Virus record (IMG/VR): IMGVR_UViG_3300036939_000003
Location: 1 to 51,693 of that record
Strand: one strand, 5' to 3'
Length of the DNA stretch: 51,693 nucleotides
Origin: a virus
Taxonomy: Duplodnaviria > Caudoviricetes
Under the pieces are notes generated by a model, which had not been told where the DNA came from, made no database searches, and saw only the letters and a list, made by a program, of their open reading frames with translations. A program made the position numbers and the translations under genes. Positions 1 through 7,268 of the stretch are shown in pieces; positions within the stretch are counted from its first letter, which is position 1; every line of letters begins with the position of its first letter.

Positions 1-127
1 AGATTCTGTTATGCACAAGGTCAAATAACAAGACAGATTGTTAATAAATGCTACAAATTTAATTTATTTACTAATGAATAAACAAGGGATGGCAGATAAA
101 CCTAAAATCAGAACAATAACAAAGGCT
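1..127. repeat. Terminal direct repeat (127 bp), identical to 51567-51693; indicates a circular assembly
   Basis: Sequence AGATTCTGTTATGCAC...ACAAAGGCT occurs at both ends. 127 is a common assembler k-mer length, and reading frames run through the junction. Confidence 0.95.
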
Positions 128-268
128 TATATCATCAAGAAAGTTGACCGCCAGCAACTCGATGACTACCAACGACAGCACGAAATAGGCTTGCTTCGTA
201 TTCTGATACTCAAACAGCCTGAAAAAGCACAGGAAATACTTGATGAAATGAAGGCGAAAGCGGCGTGA
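89..268 (+). CDS. Small hypothetical protein
   Basis: ORF follows the stop of 51195-51647 across the circular junction. ATG at 89 (or 74) is more plausible than the TTG at 38. Confidence 0.5.
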   Translation: MADKPKIRTITKAYIIKKVDRQQLDDYQRQHEIGLLRILILKQPEKAQEILDEMKAKAA

Positions 269-490
269 TTATTGTGTTTTGGTAATGTGTTTCGTGTAGT
301 TATTTCCGCGATTACTCCATTCTTCAGGCGTGTGCTGAATGAATCTTTGCAGACTTTCAAAGCCACCCCAACCAATCACTGATGTAATATAGTCGAACAG
401 TTCAGCATAAGAGTTAAATTCAAGACATTCTTTAACACCTTTGCTCGTTTCATACTCAAGAATAAGTTTGGAGGTTGTGACCTGTTCCAT
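269..490 (-). CDS. Small hypothetical protein, counter-oriented moron, probably leaderless
   Basis: 73-aa ORF with an extended -10 (TG-A-TATAAT, 505-497) ending 6 nt before the ATG. Confidence 0.55.
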   Translation of the reverse strand: MEQVTTSKLILEYETSKGVKECLEFNSYAELFDYITSVIGWGGFESLQRFIQHTPEEWSNRGNNYTKHITKTQ

Positions 491-522
491 AGCTAAATTA
501 TATCATTAGTTGCTAGTTAATG

Positions 523-531
523 TGGTAAAAT
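523..531 (+). promoter_or_regulatory. Extended -10 promoter (TGG-TAAAAT) for the tRNA-like RNA
   Basis: TAAAAT at 526-531 is preceded by TGn. The predicted start near 538 coincides with the 5' end of the acceptor-like stem. Confidence 0.5.
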
Positions 532-538
532 AAAGGGT

Positions 539-685
539 ACAGTCAGTGCCAGAGATGCCATCCGGCTGAAAGGTTTAACGGTGATGTGTTGGGAAGAAAG
601 CCAGCAACGATTAGCTAGACGCTTCAAACGGAGCTATGACCATAAAGATTTGGAGCGCCACAGGTTCGAATCCTTGTCTGACTGT
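539..685 (+). ncRNA. tRNA-like structured RNA with expanded arms (not a canonical tRNA)
   Basis: ACAGTCAG (539-546) pairs with CTGACTGT (678-685). T-arm ACAGG-TTCGAAT-CCTTGT. TGCCAGAG after the 5' stem matches U8..A14 G15. Internal hairpins are present and no CCA is encoded. Confidence 0.7.
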
Positions 686-698
686 TATTGAATAATCT

Positions 699-866
699 AT
701 GACCGATTTCTCTAACCTAACCAAAGAAGAATTAGAATCAGCTTTACTTGTCGAAGAAGCTGCGTGTGAAGATATGAAATATCAGCCACCTGGCAAATCA
801 AAAGAGTTTTGGAAAGCGGTTGAGAATATTAATAAGATTAAGGATGAGTTGAGGAAGCGTAAATGA
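699..866 (+). CDS. Small hypothetical protein (55 aa, not in ORF track)
   Basis: Manual translation MTDFSNLTKEELESALL...ELRKRK; its stop overlaps the next ATG (ATGA). Confidence 0.6.
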   Translation: MTDFSNLTKEELESALLVEEAACEDMKYQPPGKSKEFWKAVENINKIKDELRKRK

Positions 867-1270
867 GACTTAGAACGATGCACAAAAGGCGAAAGCGCAA
901 ACTGTCAAACAAACACAAAACTTCAATAATTTGCGGTGGCTTTGAAATCAGCCTTTTCCAAACAAGGAAGAATGGTTCAAAAGTACGAAGCGTATTTTTC
1001 AAGGGCAGAGAAGTGCCTGAAGAAGCATTCAAAGGTTTTACTTTGAGCGTACAAAACCCACTTGCTGACGTTTCTGAAAAACAAGGCTTTTATCGTACAT
1101 ATTTAGATTTAGAGCCAGAAATAAATTTTAGTGTAGAGGTAACAGATGAGTTTTTCCGCTTGCTAGGTATGCGAAAGTTTACGGAAAAGAACGATGATGG
1201 AACATTTACTCATACAATGATTTGCGACACAAAAGATTATGAAGTGTTCAATGATGGTGTCATTGAATAA
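863..1270 (+). CDS. Hypothetical protein
   Basis: 135-aa ORF coupled to the upstream ORF. Confidence 0.6.
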   Translation: MRLRTMHKRRKRKLSNKHKTSIICGGFEISLFQTRKNGSKVRSVFFKGREVPEEAFKGFTLSVQNPLADVSEKQGFYRTYLDLEPEINFSVEVTDEFFRLLGMRKFTEKNDDGTFTHTMICDTKDYEVFNDGVIE

Positions 1271-1276
1271 TTTTTC

Positions 1277-1305
1277 TTGCAATTACTAAGAATATAATGT
1301 AAATT
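1277..1305 (+). promoter_or_regulatory. Putative promoter of the head/tail operon
   Basis: TTGCAA-N17-TAAATT in the AT-rich gap before the scaffold gene. Confidence 0.55.
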
Positions 1306-1373
1306 TATTCGCAAGTGCGATAAGCACCAAAGAATTTAATAACTCAAAATGAGTTACGGCTATCAATAGTCAC

Positions 1374-1425
1374 GGCTCACAAGATTTGGATGAAGTTCCA
1401 AGTTTTGTGAGCCTTTTTCTTTTTT
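1374..1425 (+). terminator. Intrinsic terminator-like hairpin in the leader of the head operon
   Basis: 17-bp stem GGCTCACAAGATTTGGA/TCCAAGTTTTGTGAGCC followed by TTTTTCTTTTTT, ending 5 nt before ATG 1431. Confidence 0.7.
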
Positions 1426-1430
1426 AACTT

Positions 1431-2111
1431 ATGGCAGAAGAAGATAACAACGAGCATACCAGAGAGGTACGCACGTTAACCACATTGCTTGAAAAGAACG
1501 GGAATGACGCGCTTAAACTGGCAGAATCGCTTTTAGCGGACAATGCCGACTGGCGTAAGAAAAACCGTGATTTGAAGGCAAAGATTCCCGCTGAAGGCTC
1601 ACGTGTCCTTTCCGCTGATGATGCGAAAAAGTACGACGAACTTCAACAGATTTTCTCAAACCTCGACCTTGAACAGGTCAAGCAAAGAGTTGAGAAGTAT
1701 CCAGACCTTGAAAAGAGCAACAAGGAATTATCTCAAATGGAAACATTGAGAGAGCTTGCCGAGGTTGGTGGTTACAAGATTCCCGCTCTTAAAAAGATCA
1801 TGCAGGATTTTCCCGATGCCGAGATAAGCTTCAAAGAAGAATCCGACCAGAACAATAAAGTACGCAAAGTGCCGTACATTCGCACCGATGGCAAAGAGTC
1901 ATCATTCGACGCATTTGTTGACCAGCACAAGTTAGCAGATGTTTACTCGCTCAAAGCGAACGAGACTCATGTACCAGTAGGCAACCCGCCAAACCCCCCG
2001 GCATCGGGCGACAGCACATCACTTTTTGACCGCATCCGAAAGGACGCTGAAGCGAAAAAGAAAGCTGCCCCGCCTGCGCCGAGTCTGCGCGACATTGCCG
2101 TAAGCATTTAA
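1431..2111 (+). CDS. Probable capsid scaffolding protein
   Basis: Charged coiled-coil protein with a Pro-rich C-terminus, upstream of the decoration and capsid genes. Confidence 0.7.
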   Translation: MAEEDNNEHTREVRTLTTLLEKNGNDALKLAESLLADNADWRKKNRDLKAKIPAEGSRVLSADDAKKYDELQQIFSNLDLEQVKQRVEKYPDLEKSNKELSQMETLRELAEVGGYKIPALKKIMQDFPDAEISFKEESDQNNKVRKVPYIRTDGKESSFDAFVDQHKLADVYSLKANETHVPVGNPPNPPASGDSTSLFDRIRKDAEAKKKAAPPAPSLRDIAVSI

Positions 2112-2127
2112 TCAGGAGACAAAAACA

Positions 2128-2529
2128 ATGCCACTAGCTATCAGCAGAACCACGGGCGGTCTTGCACACGCCCCCGCTTTTGTAGGCGAGATTCTGGCTA
2201 CGGATGAAGTACGCGTCGTTGTTACGGCACTTTCCGCGAACGAAGTGGACGCAAACGGCTATTTAAAGCCGGGCGTTCCTTTCTTACAGACGGGCGCACT
2301 CGTAACGGCTGGCGCGGTTTACGGCGTAACCATCGAATCAATCAAAGTTGCAGCCTCAAATTCGTCGGCAGACATCGCAGCCGCAACAACAGCCATTCCC
2401 GTCGCAGTAGGAACCATAGGAACCGTTAACCGCGACATCGCAGAAGACAATCTCGGACGCGCTTACACAGCCGCCGAAATTGCAGGATTCGGGCTTGCAG
2501 GCTCGACATTAAAACTAACCAGAACTTAA
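2128..2529 (+). CDS. Head decoration / capsid cement protein
   Basis: 133-aa Ala/Gly/Thr-rich protein (GYLKPGVP) directly before the capsid gene; GGAG RBS. Confidence 0.7.
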   Translation: MPLAISRTTGGLAHAPAFVGEILATDEVRVVVTALSANEVDANGYLKPGVPFLQTGALVTAGAVYGVTIESIKVAASNSSADIAAATTAIPVAVGTIGTVNRDIAEDNLGRAYTAAEIAGFGLAGSTLKLTRT

Positions 2530-2547
2530 TAAAGGAGACACGGAAAA

Positions 2548-3603
2548 ATGAGTACATTTAGTTGGATTTCCGCAATAGACACGCTTTCCGAGCCTGCTTT
2601 AACAGTGCTGGCTCAAACCATCAACCCAACGGACGTGCCCGATAATCTTTTGTATGAAAGATTTTTCCCGCGCGAAAACGTGGATTCGGTTGATTTAGAC
2701 GATATTACAACGATTGATTATAGACCCGTCGCAGACCGCCGCGAATGGAACCAGCGCGGCAGGTTGATCCCGAACAAAACGCCCGATACTCGCAAAGTGT
2801 CCATCGTTCCGATTGAGTCTTATTTCAAATGGGGCGAATACGAGATGCAGAAAATGGCGGAGCGCACGTTAGGCAACGCCGCAGTTTTGCAGCAGATTAT
2901 GGAAACCTCCATTCCCGGCAAGCTCAATCAATTAGTTGAATCGAACTATCGCAGAATCGAGATGGACGTTTTCAACGCGTGGGCAAACGGGACTGTAATC
3001 CAGAAAAACCCGCAGACGGGCGAAACCTACACGGCATCGTTTAACTTCGACGCTACGCGCTACACGACAGCGCCTACCGCGTGGAATGACGGCTCTGTAA
3101 ATGCCTACAACCTTTTTCAAGCGTTTCTTGCATCGGCTACCGAAAGAATCGGACCGGTTGCGGGCGCGATGATGAGACAGGCGACTTACAACGCTATTCA
3201 GGCAGATGCGCCGCAATCAGTATCGGGGATCGTCCCATCTCGCCGGGAGATAGAAATGAGACTTCAGGACGCTTTAGGAACTGATTTCGCATTCGTCATC
3301 AACGAGCAGACATTGGAGCCTTTCAACGATGGCGGCACGGCTACGACTTCAACAAAGGTCTGGACGGCGCAAAAGGTTGCGGCTATCCCGGCAGGCGTTC
3401 GGGTCGGTCGAACTGCTTTCGCTCCCGTGGTACGCGCTATGGAACTTGTCAGAACATTGCCGAATCAGGGTATCGACGTGCGCGGTATGACTGCTTACTA
3501 CGAAGGTGGTTTGGGCGGCAGAACTTTAGACCTGGAAGTTCAGGTCAATGCAATGCCGGTTCCGAATGAAAACAAACTTTTCGTTATCAATGCGGGCGTT
3601 TAA
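2548..3603 (+). CDS. Major capsid protein (lambda gpE-like)
   Basis: 351 aa; position after the decoration gene; ERFFP near the N-terminus and AMPVP near the C-terminus resemble gpE-family capsids; AAGGAG RBS. Confidence 0.85.
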   Translation: MSTFSWISAIDTLSEPALTVLAQTINPTDVPDNLLYERFFPRENVDSVDLDDITTIDYRPVADRREWNQRGRLIPNKTPDTRKVSIVPIESYFKWGEYEMQKMAERTLGNAAVLQQIMETSIPGKLNQLVESNYRRIEMDVFNAWANGTVIQKNPQTGETYTASFNFDATRYTTAPTAWNDGSVNAYNLFQAFLASATERIGPVAGAMMRQATYNAIQADAPQSVSGIVPSRREIEMRLQDALGTDFAFVINEQTLEPFNDGGTATTSTKVWTAQKVAAIPAGVRVGRTAFAPVVRAMELVRTLPNQGIDVRGMTAYYEGGLGGRTLDLEVQVNAMPVPNENKLFVINAGV

Positions 3604-3618
3604 CAGAACGCCCCTTTT
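3594..3618 (+). terminator. Hairpin/terminator after the capsid gene
   Basis: GGGCGTT-TAACAG-AACGCCC followed by CTTTT. Confidence 0.5.
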
Positions 3619-3630
3619 AGGAGAACTCAA

Positions 3631-3813
3631 ATGAGCGAAAAAAGAATAATTTCAGGGATTCCGGTTGACGGGACAACTTATGGACCCGGCATGGAAGACG
3701 AGTTAGCTGAGAAACTCGACGCAAAACAAATCACATATTTAACCGAGCAGGGAGCGATTGAAGGATTCACAAAAAAGGAAGAATCCGACAGTAAAACTTC
3801 AAGCAAAAAATAA
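3631..3813 (+). CDS. Small head-associated hypothetical protein
   Basis: 60 aa, AGGAG RBS, follows the capsid gene. Confidence 0.6.
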   Translation: MSEKRIISGIPVDGTTYGPGMEDELAEKLDAKQITYLTEQGAIEGFTKKEESDSKTSSKK

Positions 3814-4160
3814 TGCCGACACCTAACCCGGAACCAACCGCCGAACAAATCGAGATAGTTGCTGAAATAACGTTTCTGTCAACCGATGAAGTATCGGCAA
3901 TGGTTTCATCTCCCTCTACTCAAGATGCGGCAGACGCTAAATGGGCGCGAACCCTTGCTGATATTGCTCTTTGGGAAGGTGGGCTAAAGGATGAATCGGG
4001 AGACGTGAAAAAGGTCGGTGAAATCGAGTTCTTTGAAGGTGCTGCCGTGGGGTCAAGATTAGACTTTCGCAACCGTGTGCTTCGGCGTTACGGCAAAAGT
4101 CCAGTCTCAACGGAAGCGGCAAGCATTCAATTAGACGGTTCCAGTCTGAGGTGGTTTTAA
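3813..4160 (+). CDS. Putative head-tail adaptor
   Basis: Synteny and size (115 aa); translationally coupled. Confidence 0.5.
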   Translation: MPTPNPEPTAEQIEIVAEITFLSTDEVSAMVSSPSTQDAADAKWARTLADIALWEGGLKDESGDVKKVGEIEFFEGAAVGSRLDFRNRVLRRYGKSPVSTEAASIQLDGSSLRWF

Positions 4161-4558
4161 TGAACCGAACGGCACTTGCACAAAAGGCAGCACCGGCAGC
4201 ATTTAAGAAAGTTGCGGGAAAAGGTTTTGCCGAATTTGTGGATGTTTACCGCACGGATAAGGTGGCAGACGGGTTCGGTGGCGATAAGCTGACAAACGAA
4301 AGAAGCGTCAACTATGAACCGATTCCGGTTGTTCGCACACCCCATCGGCGCGAGGTGAGGACTCAGAACGGCACTATCTGGTCATCGGACAAGTTCAGTA
4401 TGCCTCTTGTATGGGCGGAAGAACTTGAAATAAGAGTCACCGACAAATTGAAAAGACTAGAGGGCGGCGTTGCCGTGCCGGAAAAGGATTTTCACATTGT
4501 CGAGATAAAACAGGCGGGCGTTCTTTATGAAATATTCGTAGCGTCCGAACAGGAATAA
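4160..4558 (+). CDS. Putative head closure / stopper protein
   Basis: DGFGG motif typical of head-closure proteins; TAATG coupling at 4160. Confidence 0.6.
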   Translation: MNRTALAQKAAPAAFKKVAGKGFAEFVDVYRTDKVADGFGGDKLTNERSVNYEPIPVVRTPHRREVRTQNGTIWSSDKFSMPLVWAEELEIRVTDKLKRLEGGVAVPEKDFHIVEIKQAGVLYEIFVASEQE

Positions 4559-4560
4559 AT

Positions 4561-4842
4561 ATGGCTGAAATTTACAAAGAAAAAGTAACGGTCAAAGTAA
4601 ACGAGGAAAAGGCAGTAGGTGGCGACGGTACTGATTTTCACGAGGTCAGGATTCGCGGCAATCGCTCACACTCTAATCTCGTTTTAACCAACGCTTACGG
4701 CTCACGCGATTTCGAGGACGGCAAAGAGTACGAGCTTGTCATTCGCGAAGTCGAAAGAAAGCCGAAAACCGCTAAAACGACTGCGGCAAAGACTTCTACT
4801 GCCAAAACTGAGACAGATGACAGTAAGACTGAAGACAGTTAA
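4561..4842 (+). CDS. Hypothetical protein with Lys/Thr-rich tail
   Basis: 93-aa ORF in the neck gene block. Confidence 0.6.
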   Translation: MAEIYKEKVTVKVNEEKAVGGDGTDFHEVRIRGNRSHSNLVLTNAYGSRDFEDGKEYELVIREVERKPKTAKTTAAKTSTAKTETDDSKTEDS

Positions 4843-5152
4843 AAACGAGCTTCCTAAATTGATAGGGAAGATGCGCCCGAAAGTTGCTGACGCTCTAAAC
4901 CGCGCGGCGTTTGAAAATGAATCGGTTTCCAAGCAATTGGCTCACGTTGACACTGGGGAGATGCGAAATTCCATCCACGTATCAAAAACGGCAACTGCTA
5001 ACGACCTTCAGGCAGAAACCAAAGTCGGAGCCGAGCACGGAATATTTGAAGAATTAGGAACTGTACACCGTCCGCCTCATCCGTTTTTTATGCCGGGATT
5101 TGAGGCGGCATCAAGGCAGTTAAACGATGAACTTAAAGATGTTTTGAAATGA
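4817..5152 (+). CDS. HK97 gp10-like tail completion protein
   Basis: VDTGEMRNSI, EELGT and PHPFFMPGF motifs; start moved to ATG 4817. Confidence 0.85.
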   Translation: MTVRLKTVKNELPKLIGKMRPKVADALNRAAFENESVSKQLAHVDTGEMRNSIHVSKTATANDLQAETKVGAEHGIFEELGTVHRPPHPFFMPGFEAASRQLNDELKDVLK

Positions 5153-5571
5153 GCGAATCGGTACGCATTAACAGGTGGCTTTACGTAACGTTATCGGAAG
5201 ATGCGACGCTTATAGCACAGGGCATTAAAGGCGTACGCGATTACATACCGGAGCAGGCTGAGTTTCCGCGAATCGTCTATAACCTTCAGGCTGGCAGGGA
5301 TGTGAACGGAATTGGAGGTGTAAGGCTTTTAACCCGTCCTTTATATCAAATTAAGTTGATAAACAAAGGGAATATCGAGAGCAACTATCTGCCTTTGATA
5401 GAAAGAATGGACGAGCTGCTTCACAACAAGACCAACGAGACTTTTGAGGGTTATGTTTTCTCAGCCCGGAGAGAACAGGAGATTAATTATTTTGAACCGG
5501 GCGAGAAAGGTACAGACATAGTTTACAGGCACGTGGGCGGGCTTTACCGCATAGATTGTTACGCAATATAG
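5149..5571 (+). CDS. Tail terminator protein (DUF3168-like)
   Basis: 140 aa between the gp10-like and tail tube genes; PEQAEFPRIVY motif. Confidence 0.65.
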   Translation: MSESVRINRWLYVTLSEDATLIAQGIKGVRDYIPEQAEFPRIVYNLQAGRDVNGIGGVRLLTRPLYQIKLINKGNIESNYLPLIERMDELLHNKTNETFEGYVFSARREQEINYFEPGEKGTDIVYRHVGGLYRIDCYAI

Positions 5572-5580
5572 GAGATTATT

Positions 5581-6567
5581 ATGGGAAGAGGTACATCAGG
5601 AAAAGTAGTACAAATCGGTGCGGAAACCACGCCGGGGACTCAGGTAGCAGCAAATAAAGCGCCAACCGCTTTTTCTTGGAATCTGAGATTTGAAAAGAAT
5701 GTTACGGACTACACAGCACAAGGGTATAACTTCACTACCGTAAGCGCTTTGCAACGCGCGTGGATGGGCGGCGACCTTAACGGTCCTTTTTCATTCAATG
5801 AAATTATTTATCCGCTTTCTTCTCTTTTCGGAGCGCCGACACCGACAACACCAAGCGGCGGAACAAACGCAAGAACATGGGCGTTTCTTCCTGCACCCCG
5901 CGGAGCCTCAACAATTAAGACTTATACGGTTGAGCAGGGAGATTCAACAGCCGCTAGAATCGCAACCCATGTTGCGGTCCGAAGCCTTGATTTTGATTTC
6001 GGCACTGATGAAATAACTGTCAGCGGCGGTTTGCTAGGCAGAACGGCGACAAGCGGAGTTCTTACAAGCTCTCCGACATCACTCGCACAGATTATCGGCT
6101 CAGTTAATCAAATTGACGTTTATATGGCGGCGGCGGGCGGGCTTGCTACGTTGTTTGATCCGGGTAATAAGATAACTGACGCTATTGACGAACGTTTTTC
6201 TATCGGTGAAAAACTCGACCCGCGTTTCGTTCATAACACCACTTATCAATCATTTAAAGATTTGATTGAGAAAAGACCTGACCTTGATTTTTCATTTACA
6301 ACGGAAGACAACGCGCAAAGCCGAACGTTGTACGATGCGGCTGTAGGCAATGTTTTTAAATATCTCGGCTTGAAAATCACCGGACCTATTATCGAAGGTG
6401 CAATTCCTTACGAATTTAGGCTAACCGTAGCTGCAAATGTAACCCCGAACGAAGAAGTGGATGCTGGCGGTGTATGGGGCTATAGCTATAGCGGAAAACC
6501 ACAGTACGACAGCACTCTTGGTTCGGCGTTTAAAATCGAAGTCACAAACATAATGACCGCTTTATAA
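5581..6567 (+). CDS. Major tail tube protein
   Basis: IGAETTPGT N-terminal motif, KTYTVEQG, position before the chaperone and tape measure. Confidence 0.8.
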   Translation: MGRGTSGKVVQIGAETTPGTQVAANKAPTAFSWNLRFEKNVTDYTAQGYNFTTVSALQRAWMGGDLNGPFSFNEIIYPLSSLFGAPTPTTPSGGTNARTWAFLPAPRGASTIKTYTVEQGDSTAARIATHVAVRSLDFDFGTDEITVSGGLLGRTATSGVLTSSPTSLAQIIGSVNQIDVYMAAAGGLATLFDPGNKITDAIDERFSIGEKLDPRFVHNTTYQSFKDLIEKRPDLDFSFTTEDNAQSRTLYDAAVGNVFKYLGLKITGPIIEGAIPYEFRLTVAANVTPNEEVDAGGVWGYSYSGKPQYDSTLGSAFKIEVTNIMTAL

Positions 6568-6571
6568 AAAT

Positions 6572-7060
6572 ATGGGATTTAGCATAACAAACTTTAAGAA
6601 CCCGCCTATTAGCGCGGTTTTCGAGAAAAACGGCAATCAATTAAACCTTGACATTGACGCTGACATCATCACTCCTGCTTTCATTGAAGGAATAAAGGTG
6701 AAAATGCAGCGCGAGGTTGCAAAGCTAAAGGACAAATACGCGCAGACTGTTGAAACTCTGAAGAGTCAAAAACCAAAACAGCTAAAAGCAAAAGACGAAT
6801 CGGATGCTCTCGCGTCACTTGAAAAAGAAATTAAAGAAATTGATGCGAAATTAGATGAGGCGCGTTATATGGCGGAAGTCTTATCTCAGATTATCGTGAA
6901 ATGGGACGTTGAGGATAAAGATGGACAGCCTTTTGCTCTGAGCGTGGAAAATTTAATGACTTTACCTCCAATACTTTTGGGTGAACTTTACTCTTTCTGT
7001 TTTGATGCGATAGCTCCAAAAAAAACGAATGTGATGACATCAGGCGCTACTTCTCAGTAA
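6572..7060 (+). CDS. Tail assembly chaperone (gpG-like)
   Basis: Lies between tail tube and tape measure; IVKWDV motif; ends over an A8 slippery run. Confidence 0.75.
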   Translation: MGFSITNFKNPPISAVFEKNGNQLNLDIDADIITPAFIEGIKVKMQREVAKLKDKYAQTVETLKSQKPKQLKAKDESDALASLEKEIKEIDAKLDEARYMAEVLSQIIVKWDVEDKDGQPFALSVENLMTLPPILLGELYSFCFDAIAPKKTNVMTSGATSQ

Positions 7061-7266
7061 GGGGTTGGTCAAAACGCCACCCACCGCCAAATTGGTTTTT
7101 TGAAATCGAGATAGCAAGAATTTTAGGCGTTGACGTGCGTGAGTTACAGGGCATACCTATTTATCTTCAGAAAAGGGCTTTAGCTGTCCATAACTCTAAA
7201 AAAGAGGCGTTGCAAGAAATCGCCAAAAGGTCTAATGCGCAGGTTTGCTACGTGCTGGATATTTAG
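7018..7266 (+). CDS. -1 frameshift extension of the tail chaperone (gpGT-like)
   Basis: A-AAA-AAA heptamer at 7018-7024. The -1 frame is open for 80 codons (NECDDIRRYFSVRGW...CYVLDI) to TAG 7264-7266, 2 nt before the tape measure ATG. Confidence 0.8.
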   Translation, partial: KKNECDDIRRYFSVRGWSKRHPPPNWFFEIEIARILGVDVRELQGIPIYLQKRALAVHNSKKEALQEIAKRSNAQVCYVLDI

Positions 7267-7268
7267 AG

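Noticed and set aside
539-685. Canonical tRNA, tmRNA or intron-containing tRNA
   Set aside because: There is no 7-nt anticodon loop with U33, it is too short for tmRNA or a group I intron, and the extra sequence is spread over three arms.
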